Origin: Callorhinchus milii
Taxonomy: Eukaryota
Direction of reading: 5' to 3'
Assembly (NCBI RefSeq): GCF_018977255.1
Contig: NW_024704742.1
Location: 3,412,001-3,472,000, forward strand
DNA: 60,000 nucleotides
The notes beneath the pieces are model-generated. The model saw only the letters and a list, made by a program, of their open reading frames with translations, did no database searches and was not told the origin of the DNA. Position numbers and translations under genes: made by a program. Positions 39,269 through 49,730 of this stretch are shown piece after piece. Each line of letters opens with the position of its first letter. The first letter of the stretch is position 1.

Positions 39269-41169
39269 CCCAAGCATCTACCCACCTCCATTTTAAACAT
39301 CTCCCAATTTTTTCTAAGACAGTGTAATCCACTAAATCATTCCAGTTATATAAAAATAAATAGTAGTTAATTCATTGGTTTGTTTTAAAGGCCACAGGGA
39401 TTTAGTTACATGTAAAGATCGGTAGCATTGCCATGTAGTTGTTTGTTTACAGATATGTCAGTCTACTGGAGAGAATGACTGGGCATTGATTATACAGCAT
39501 AGAGGACAGACACTTCAAAATTCTATTAAAAAAAAGCCCCATCTATCATTTTTTCCCTACTCCTGACAGAACTGACTCATTTTCGAACCGACGAGGCAAG
39601 TCAAAGACAAACAGAAAATGATGTACAATGAGGTTCTCTATCTATAATGCAAAGCAGAGCTTCAGTCAATCCCTCTGAAAAAACTATCCGCTGATTTTCC
39701 AAAAGCAATTCGACATGCCAAATGCGTGTCAGCTCTGAGCTATAATGCCTTGCTGCTGTGTGTCTACCCTTGTTCATCATCACCGCTAGACATTATATTC
39801 AATGGAGGTTAAAGAACCGCCTACCGGAATATCAAATCACATCAAAATGCAAAGCAGAGCACCTTTTGCTGAATTGAAATAAAAAGTTTTATCGAGTTTT
39901 ATTTTAAGACTATTTTCATCGATGAACGACACGATCAACAAAGTGCCCGTAGGGACCTGTCAATCTGCATTTGGGTTGAAACTCGTTCTTTCTGCGTAAT
40001 AAACCCGATAGGTCAGTATTTCACATCTGGGCAGCATTCCGCGTACAACTGAAGAATGTAGAAGGCCCATGTGTTTCCATAACACAGGCATTACAGGAAG
40101 TCAGTTCGTAAACCCGAAGGGATCTTCACTGTGGGGGGAGGGGGGGGGGCGCGGGGGGCATAGGGGGTAATGATAACAGCACACTGGTGGCTTGGCCATG
40201 TTCATTCACAGCGCGAGAGCGTAGGTTCACCCTGCGATTCCTCACCTAACTACCTTTCTGAGCTCAGGAATGTCATTGAGGGAAGTGCTGAGGCGAAGTC
40301 AGGCGTTCCCTTGCATCAGAATAGACAAGAAGAAAAAACTTGAGGGCTGAAATCTCCTTGGAATGCTGTTGTGTAGCCCCTACGTGATGACTCAAGAGCT
40401 CCATTGGCAGGGGTCAGAGAGCAGGTCAGTGACTGCTTGTCCTCTTGGCCGGGCAGAAGGGTTCGTTGGACGGGGAACCTCAACAGGGGGAAATACAGTT
40501 CAGTGTGAAACACGGCGTGACGGAAGGGAACAGCTTAAGCGAGTAAACGTGAACTGCGAAAGGTCCTTTCCCACGATCGATTCAGCTGCAACTCTCCCCC
40601 ACATTAAGAGCTTCATCAAAGAGCAATGCGCTGTCAGACATTACCCGGAAAATTAATGATCGGTTTCATTTTTTTTATCTGAACTTGAAACTGATGAGAA
40701 CTGCAGCAAACATTTTGGTATTCTGGAATAAACAACAAGGGGCCAATTAGAGTTACACGTTCGGGTAAATTCTCCTCCCGAGCACTTATACCTAGTGGGT
40801 ATGTGTTACAGCAACCAGGGATTTGCCAAATCCCTGTAATTTTTGTGAAGGCGAGGTTATCAATATGATGAAACGATCACTTTTTCCACAAAATCCCTGA
40901 CTCCTAATTTCAGGGATTCGCAATTTTGCTGAAAATTTCGGGGATTTGGCAAGAAATCCCCGGTTTCACAACTTTGCCTTAACATGTACAGGACATTACT
41001 CCAGTCATAGGGTGCTATGTGCATGGTTTCACGGGTGTCACAGCTCAGTGACCTACCAGTGCAGATAACAAGCAAGGCAAACACGTTCTTGCTGACAATA
41101 AAACATCGGTGCGGCAATGATAGCTTACAGTGCAGTAGTCTACGGAATCAAACATCGCTGCGGTAGTTT

Positions 41170-41665
41170 TGTTTGGTCAGCCAGATGTCCGACACATGCG
41201 AAAACCCATCATCACGCTTCCAAGTATCTAAACTAAACTGAGAGTCCCACATTCTTATGCCGCCCCTACACATCAAAATATCTCTGTGTCTGGAATGGAA
41301 TGTGCCCTCTCTCCCTGGAGGGACGCAACACACTTATCTAATTCTGGAGAGCTTTCAAGGTGCAGGTTATTGAGAACCTAGGCTCGGAGAGCGTACATTG
41401 GCAATACTCTGGAGTTTAACCAGCAGAACACATGGCTTTCCATTGAAAGCACTGCCTGGCAAGCTTCCCGCTGCTTGTCCAGCCAAGACCACTCTACTCA
41501 TTAGGGCTTTGGCTTACCAGGTTAACAGAAGCTGAGTGGGAAAAATTCCTACTCCCAGTGACTGGTCTGCCTTTCCTTGACCTGCCGATGAGCCAGACGA
41601 GCTGCACTGTTACCAGCAGTGCCTTGGGAGTGCTGTTCATCCACCTGGCTCAGAAGCCAGACCCC
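41170..41665 (-). repeat. Family X, longest contiguous copy
   Basis: Overlaps by homology the fragments at 9470, 28040, 46196, 50826, 52620 and 56489. Confidence 0.75.
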
Positions 41666-43679
41666 TGCTCGGTTACAATAGTTTATAGGATAAAACATTG
41701 TACAGATTTGAGGGGCTACCGGAGTCTATGGAAGAGAGTGTTACTATTGCAAGCAAACTGTAAATGCTGAACAGCAAAATATTCAATCCGAGTGAAGCTG
41801 TGGATTTGGTATTTCAATTGCTTCTCCAGTTGTCGAGGGGGCTTCACATTACCTGAGCGTTAAGAAGTAATCGTGTAATATTATTTTCTTGAAATCTGGG
41901 AGTCTTTAAAATAACAAAATATTATGCAAATTCGGAAATCACTTTCCCGTTGGTAACTGGAAGAGAAAAGCGGGAAAAAATAGATCTCAGCTCCTGTTAA
42001 CCCTGCAAGCCGAAGCCCTCGTGAGTAAGGTGGTCCTGGCTGGACAAGGAGCGGGAAGCTTGCCAGGCAGCCCTTTCAATGGTAAGCCATTCAGCTAATT
42101 TAGCTTGTTTTAGCTAATTAAAGAAAAATAGAAAATTTGGCCCAAAAAGAAGGCACAGCCGAAGAGGTAGATTGCAAGGTGGGATTTAAGGATAAAAAGA
42201 GGTGGGGTGGGGGGACTGAGGTAGCTAATTCCACAGGCAAGGGGGTGTAGTGGCTAAAGGTGCAATGGTGGTGCAGAGGGTTCAGGACTGTGTTAGCTGA
42301 GCGAAGGGGGCACGCTTAGACGTGGGGTACAAGCAGGTTAGAGAGACGGAGCTGCTCAACCTTCGCTAGGGAGGCGTTACATCCTCGGTTAGGGAGGTAG
42401 GGGGTTTAAACTCCTGAGTCTCTCTCAGCAAAGGCTTCTTCTCTTGCATTATACCTCTGATCTGTCACTGTATTGCTGTCGATCTTAATAGCGTGTGATG
42501 GAAAACCATTTCGCAGAAACCTCAGCAGTTTTAGTGGTGTAGCAACAAAGCACACATTGACGATGACGATAATACGGAAGAAAACAAAAGGCGAACATCG
42601 TCCAAGGTATGAACAACATTTGGGAACAATATGTTCGAGGTTGCAACACGATCTCAGATACACCTACATCGTCATTCCAACTCCTCGGACGTGTTACAAT
42701 ATTCAAAGCGTTATTCGTGCTCTACGTGGCGTACAGAGCCAGTTATGACACACAGTGGTTTGGGATTCATCCACTCAGACCCTTTGTTAAAACATGGTCT
42801 GCTACAAAATGGCCCTCTTCCAAGTCGTCTTGGTCCAGGTGCAATGCACAAGAAGTGAGACCAGGATGACTTAGCAGGTCCACAGTCCATCTGTGCTCAG
42901 CCAGGGTGCCTTCCCGTTCCTGTATCACACGACATTTGCTAAGGACGGCAATGTTTCATTGCACCTTTGTAACCGTTGTGTCACTTCAGTTTAGCCCTGG
43001 AGGACAGGTCACGTGCACCAGCTTGTGCTGATCCTTTATAGCGTCTTTATTTCTAGCAACGGTTTAGGTTTCGTCGCAATCAATCAACAGAAACATCAGA
43101 CCTCCCACGTTCTTGACAGATAAGTGCTCTTCTGGGCATTCTCCTGTCTAAACTACAGCACAGCTTTTTACTGCCTGGTCCGAAAACAGAAGTGGGCTTC
43201 GTTCAAGACAGAGGAGGCTTTTTTTTTTAACTTGTGGAGCAATTGTAACCACACTTCACAGCAACTCCTTCCACTGCCTTCCTTTTTGACACAGTTTTTT
43301 TGAGTGTGGTTAGCCTGTCGATAATTTCGTCGGCTCTTGCATTTTAAACCCACTTTATGCCGGGGATGCAAGTTCGTGCGGAGGATGGACATTCAGCATG
43401 TGCTGTAGGATCAGCACTGCAGAGTTATTCACTGGTTTCAATATACAAACAGCCGCTTCTTGTCCGTCGAACAGTTTGGGGGCCGTTGAAGAAAAGTCAC
43501 GTTGGGCTGAGTGTGAGCGCTCTGCGTGAATCTCCCTGTCATCTTCTGACAAGAAGGAAAAAGCTGTGTCTTTGTTCCCTCGGAAACTCACAAAAGAACG
43601 CATACACTGGGGGCGTGTGAACTGCGATGGAGTCTGCTTTTAATCTGCTTGAACTCTGATCAAGAAACACTACTTTGCA

Positions 43680-44070
43680 TGAGTTGGAGCCGCCCTTAAA
43701 GGGACATACGAGAACCTCGTTATAACGCACACCGCTGGGTCCAACGGCTCAGAGTGAGTGAAGCCGAGAAAATGGCTGACTCCCGGGGGGTGGGGGTGGA
43801 ATCAGGTTGTCGCTGACGTCACTTCCCGTGCGTTGTGTTGGATCATCGTGCGTTCCTTTGCGGAATGACGTCAGGCAGCGCTTCCTGCGCACAACACGCA
43901 AGACCAGCGAGCTCGCGCACAGGAAGTGGTGTCAGCGGCGATCTGACAACTCGAAAGCCGGTCATTTTTCACGCTTTGCTCCTCGTCTCTGGGAAACGGT
44001 TAGTGACCGAACGGGAGCCATGTCACCAACGACAGGAATAGTAGGCAAGTCTGTGCTTGACAGCGAACCC
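43680..44070. promoter_or_regulatory. CpG-rich putative promoter/enhancer with CRE and ETS sites
   Basis: TGACGTCA at 43814-43821 (overlapping ACTTCCC) and at 43866-43873; CAGGAAGTG at 43920-43928; GCTTCCTG at about 43880; YY1-like AAAATGGC at about 43769; high CpG density. Confidence 0.55.
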
Positions 44071-44129
44071 CCACTACACTGCTCTGGTTAGACATTTCGA
44101 TTCTGCCTTTCAGTTGGCACTTTCAACCA

Positions 44130-44676
44130 CAACAACAACAACAAGATTTCATTTAGAGAGCGCCTTTCACGTCAGGAGGACGTCCCAAGGCGCTGGACAG
44201 TTGGGTTAGGACCCGAGCAGGGGGGAAATGGTCAGGGGGAGGGAAGGGAGGCAGCGAGGAGGGGGTAGAGAGTCGAGAGGGGAGCTGAAGGCACGGTCAA
44301 AGAGAAAGGTTTTGAGACCGGCCTTGAAGGAGGAAAGGGAGGAGGTGGCGAAGGCACTGGGGGATGGAGTTCCACAGCCTCGGGGCTGAGAGGCTGAAGG
44401 CCCGGCCACCGATGGTAGGGCAGTTGGGATGGGGGATGTGGAGCAGACCGGAGCCAGAGGAACGGAGGGGTAAGTAGGGGGATAGTAGGTCGGAGAGGTA
44501 GGAGGGAGCGAGGCCGTGAATGGCCGTGTAGGTGAGGATGAGGATCTTGAATTCGATCCTCTGGGGGATGGGGAGCCAGTGGAGGCGAGCGAGGGTGGGA
44601 GTGATGTGGCCCCGAAGCCTGGTGCGGGACAGTACACGAGCTGCAGAGTTCTGAATGACCTGCAGCTTGTGGAGGG
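44130..44676 (-). mobile_element. L2 LINE 3' end
   Basis: Open frame LHKLQVIQNSAARVLSRTRLRGHITPTLARLHWLPIPQRIEFKILILTY...GRAFSLSAPRLWNS, followed by the 3' stem-loop and (TTG)n tail. Confidence 0.92.
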
Positions 44677-45639
44677 ATTCACTCCTTTGAATATTGGAAG
44701 CAATGTGTCCACTGTTGCTTCCAGTTTACTTTGAGGGTCTCGCTATTCTGAATCGATTTTGTTATCTGTACAGAATCGTTGAAATTTATGAATCACCAGG
44801 GGACCATTTGTTTTCTGCCCATCAAATATTACAGTGGATGAGATACATGTCTATTCGTTTCAAGTCATGTCGCCGTACCTTAGTACAGTGCCCTTTCTGG
44901 GTCACACAATGAATCTAGTGGCTGTTGCAAGTGTGTCCAGAGTCCCAAATGTCTTTTTAATTACCTATAAATGTTCCATCAATTCACTGTTCGTTTCTTG
45001 CCTCTTACCTGAACGAACAAATCAGAACTCTTATCACGACCGGATATCGATAACCAGTATTTCTTTTTTGGGTTTAATTTTGACGTTTCTCCTCCCTTAC
45101 ACGAAAGACTTACCTAACTCATTAAAAAATATTTTTACAAAAGTATACATCTCGACAGGTCTCCGGGAAAGTCGTCAATTTGCAACGCGAGAGAAAAATG
45201 ATTGGAATTCTGAGATGGAAAACAACAACAACAACAACAACTTGGATTTTTTATTTCGCTCTCCACGCCGGACTTAACATTACACAAGCGCTACCATTAC
45301 AAAGGATTAACGTTACACATCAAACATACACACGTGTAATATTTACTCCAATGCAGCTCGTTCAGCAACACCACGCAACCTGTAAGTTTGCTGGGGCTCA
45401 TCACGGACGGGGGCCACTTAGCACTATTTCAAAAAGTATGTCAAAAAACACGCTGACGTGTACAATTTTAAATTGAACAAAGCAACAAATTTACTCCGAA
45501 GGCAGATGTGCGAATGGTTGGGATCGGACTCTGTCGACGTGGAAGCCCCACTTCTGCAATACTCGGCAGAGTGAGTTACCATGAGAGAGTCGGTGCCGAC
45601 CATTTTTGGGGGTGGGGAGGAGAGCGCTGACAGGTGATT

Positions 45640-46125
45640 AAAGCAGCCGCAGCCGCATCGGATACTCACCCGTACAAAACTCCTTACCCCCATCACATCA
45701 GTCCTTGCCAGGCTCTGCTGGCTCCCAATTTCCGCACGGATCGATTTCAAGATCCTCTCACTCGTTTCCAAATCCCTTCATGCCCTTTCACTTCCCTACC
45801 CATCCAACCAGCTTAGCCCCCCCCCACCGCCCCCACTCCAACTCCCGCTGCCTCCGCTCGGCTGGTTCCGACCTCCCGTTTGTCCCTCATCTCCTCCGCT
45901 CCACCATCGATGGCCGTGCCTTCGGCCACTATGCCCCGAAACTCTGGAACTCTCTTCCTCCGTCCCTCTGCCTTCCCCCTCCCTCCCCACTTTCAAATCC
46001 CACCTTTTTTGATCATGCTCACGATCCCGTCCACCCTCCCCCCACCCCCCCCTCTCTCTCTCTCCCTCTGGCTCGGAGTCAGACTCCGCCAATATCAAGC
46101 GCTCCAGGACGCTACCCTCTGTATA
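45640..46125 (+). mobile_element. L2 LINE 3' end
   Basis: Encodes ..LRSTIDGRAFGHYAPKLWNSLP; ends in a 3' stem-loop. Confidence 0.85.
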
Positions 46126-46195
46126 CTCAACAACAACAATTTGCATTTATATAGCACCCTTCATACAGGATAATGTCTCGGAGCGCTGTGTAGAT

Positions 46196-46470
46196 TTTTG
46201 GGGGTCAGCCGGATGTCTGACACATGTGGAAATCCATCATCGTGCTGAGCAGTATCCAATTCAAGCTGAGAATTCCATGCATCCCACCTACACATGGAAA
46301 TTCCAGAGATGTTTATTGGAATGGAAATGCGCACTCTCTCCCTGGAGGGACGCAACCTGCTTACCTAAGTCTGGAAAGAATTAGGTGCAGATTGGCGGGA
46401 GCCAAGGCTTGAGGACCCCAGAACTGCTGGAGTCTCACCAGCTAAAACAGGAGAGCTCGCCATTGACGGC
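46196..46470 (-). repeat. Family X 3' part
   Basis: GGTCAGCCGGATGTCTGACACATG.. as at 41176. Confidence 0.75.
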
Positions 46471-48532
46471 GTATAGTGGTTCAGTCAGATGCCGAGCAAG
46501 GGAGAAGGTGGAGCAGTCGAAGGCGCAGGAGACCTGGGCAGATCATAGGCACAGTCAAAGAGATAGGTTTTCAGGTGGGATTTAAAGGTAAATAAAGAAG
46601 GGGAGAGGCAGAGAGGTTGAGGTAGAAAGTTCCAGAGTTTAGGCAGGGAGTTGCTGAAGACTCAGCCAACGATGGTGATGTGGAGGGGTTGAGAACATGC
46701 AGCAGGTTTTGTGTCAGCCGAGCGAAGGGAGCGGGTAGAGGACAAAGATACGAGCGGGTCAGAGGGAACAGGGATATATTATACTCCAGCATTAAACACC
46801 CAGCAAAATGGGTGAGTAGATGGTTATCAGTGATCCACAAGAATGTAAATCACATCGGTGGGTCTGATGAGTTTGTGAAGTATAAAGGGCAGGTTTACAG
46901 GGGTGTCTTGGCATACTGATGGCTATTATTCAACGTGAACCATTTGTTTCACCAATATCTGCTGCTGAACAGCTTCACATCATCACAGTCCAAGTTACCT
47001 GCCAACACATAAGTTATGATTGTCTATAAATACCCTCTTTATTATCCTTTAATCAGTACCCACACGATTTCACAACGAGTAGAAAGCTGACAATGATCAT
47101 AGCTGAAAGTAATTTGTACGCTGCACCTGATAAAGAAAATCAAATATCTGCCAGTGACTTTCGACTCCAATTCAATACTGGATTTATACTGACAGTCAGA
47201 GACCCGTTGAGCTTTGTTATTGTCGTGTATGTGTATTGTGGTCTCACCGGGACTGAATTATTGCCCAATAACTCGTGTCCAGCTATCTATTTCTACATTT
47301 ATTACTAATACAATCCGGATCACATGATCACAAGAGGCTGAGATGAAGAAGGCCCCTTTGACTCATTCAATCTCATCTTTCTAGAATAACAAGCCCACTT
47401 TCTGTGGTCACCATTCCTGGTAGCGATTGCCTTCTGTGTTCCTAGAAGCATAGAAATTTCATGGAAACATTGAGATTTATAGCACTGCTGGAAGTCATTC
47501 GGCCATCAGGTTTATGCTCGAGTTAGATACCTGTGTTACACAAAACATTTCTTATTTTATTGATCCCATTTTCCAGCTCTTTGCTCGTATCCCTTAATGT
47601 TTCAGTGCCTACGGGTTATCCAGTTTGCTTATGAGTGATGCTTTTGTTCTGGGCCCAGAAGTCTCCCTTCACAAAACCTGAGTCCACTTGATCTGCTGCC
47701 TTGCTGTATTTGTTGTTTTCCTTCTTCCATTTACATCTTGCTTCTTATGTCCCTCTATACGGTCCCTGAAACATCTTTTCAAAGCTGAAGCATCTTTCTT
47801 TATCCAGTCACTTTACAGTACATCCTGTGAAGTGCTTTGAGACACCCTCCTGAGATGAAAGGCGCTATACCAAATGTATTGGTATATCATGACTAATAAC
47901 AATTTGCTTCCAGTCGGAGCCAGATGATCATCAGACAAACAGGAATTTACAAATGATTTTTTTCCCTCTTCTCCTATCCCCCCCCCCCCCCCCACCACCC
48001 ACAAAAAAGAAAACCAAAGCTTTGTGCTAATGATAGCAATAACGTCTGGTATGCAACACGCAATAGGATGGAAGGCCGCATTTTTTTTTTGAAAAAAAAA
48101 GATTTTCTCACCCACGGTTTCATACAATGCAAAGTTTTTAGAAGTGATCGGGGTCACAATAGCAGCGCCTGATGGGGATTAAGAGAATGAATCCCAGCAC
48201 CTCTCACCACAGGCTCCTCACTCATTAGTGCAAGAATGGAGGTACCAATTAACACCAAGGGCAGAGAATAAGAAGAAGCCCATGAACCACATAGACACTA
48301 AGCTTTCCACGTTTGATTCACAATTAAGCACAAATTAAGCCCGCAAAAGCAGTTTGATAAAGTAACGCCTGACCTCTGCTTTTCAGAGAACCTTCGAAGA
48401 AAAACGTTGCTCCAACGAGGAATGCCATTATCTTCAGAGAATAAAAATAGCACTTTGTGAGGGGGGGAAAAAAAAGCTCTCACTTTATATTTCTATGGCC
48501 ATAATTTGGGTGACAGAAGAATGACCTCTGAT

Positions 48533-48548
48533 ACTGCCATCTAGTGTT
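48533..48548 (-). promoter_or_regulatory. Candidate CTCF site
   Basis: Minus strand reads AACACTAGATGGCAG, close to the CTCF core CCACTAGRKGGCRG. Confidence 0.4.
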
Positions 48549-49299
48549 TTCGAGACATTGCTAGTGGCTTAGCAAAGCCGCTTCTAGGTCAATCCGACTG
48601 GCAAGACTAGAGAATCAGTAAACAGACACAAAGAATTACTAGTACAGGAAATAACCCATATACTGATACATTCGGATGAACTATATCCAGCACAAGATAA
48701 ACACAAAGCCGTTCATTTAATAAGTCACCTGCGAAAGTCCGACTTGATCTTCACGATGCTGCTGTGCTCCATGCGTGTTAGCATCAACAACAACTTCCAT
48801 TTATATAGCGCCCATCACGCTCGGTAGCATCTTAAAGCACTTCAATAATAATCCTTGCATTTGATACGGCACCTTATCAGGTCAGAGAGATGTCTCAAAG
48901 TGCTTCACAGGATACATGGTTAAATGGAGTGACTGTGTACAGCATTTGGAGGCAAATGGACAGCCCAATTGCACATGGAAATGTTCCACAAACAGCTATG
49001 AAAAAATGGCCAATTTTGTTTTATTTGAGGGATTGCTGCCCAGGACACCAGGATAAACTTATTTCTCTTTTAGAACAGTGCTATAGGATCTTTAACTTCC
49101 AGCTGAACAGGCAGACGGGATCTCAGTTTAATGTCTCATCACATGCAGAGGTAAAACATTCATCTGAAGACCTCTTCAGGCATTTCAAAATTGATTAGGT
49201 TTCTTGAAAGGAGTTCCTTCCTTTATGCCCCCTTTAATGGTGAAATGATTGCGAAGTTATTAGCAGGGGCTTTTCATTATTTTCTGTTAACAGAATAAA

Positions 49300-49730
49300 T
49301 ATAAATAATAATAATTCTTGCGACTTATATCACACCTAACACATAAGGAACACTTTTCAAAGTGTTTCATAGGACTTACTGTGAAGTGCAGCGACTGTGT
49401 AGGAATGTGACTACCAATCTCCACACAGAAGTGCCCCACAAACAGCCATGAAACGAATGACCAATTTTCATCTGGGGCACTGTTGACCAGGACACTGGGT
49501 GAAACTTTTTTTCCTCTTTTCAAATAGTGTCATGGGATCTTTAACATACACCCGAACGTGCAGACAGGACCTCAGATTAACACGTCATCCGAAGGGCCAC
49601 ACCTTCGACAAAGTACTTCGTCAAAGTGTCATTGGAGTGTTAGCCTAAATTGTGAGTTCAAAGTCCCAACGTGGACTTTCAACCCACAATCGTGTGACTC
49701 AGAGGTGAGTTCGACCAAGTCGCTGAGTGA
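49300..49730 (-). mobile_element. Deu-domain SINE
   Basis: Deu core and head; a second copy lies at 48845-49140 and a third at 51570-51960. Confidence 0.8.

Noticed and set aside
42494..42698. Solo LTR (TGTGATG...TGTTACA)
   Set aside because: Flanks TAGCG and ATATT are not a TSD, and there is no second copy.
44020..44044. Plus-strand start exon MSPTTGIV with a GC donor
   Set aside because: No convincing downstream coding exons could be joined.
45587..45600. GAGTCGGTGC, like the Cas9 tracrRNA end
   Set aside because: Only a 10-nt match; the rest of the scaffold is absent.
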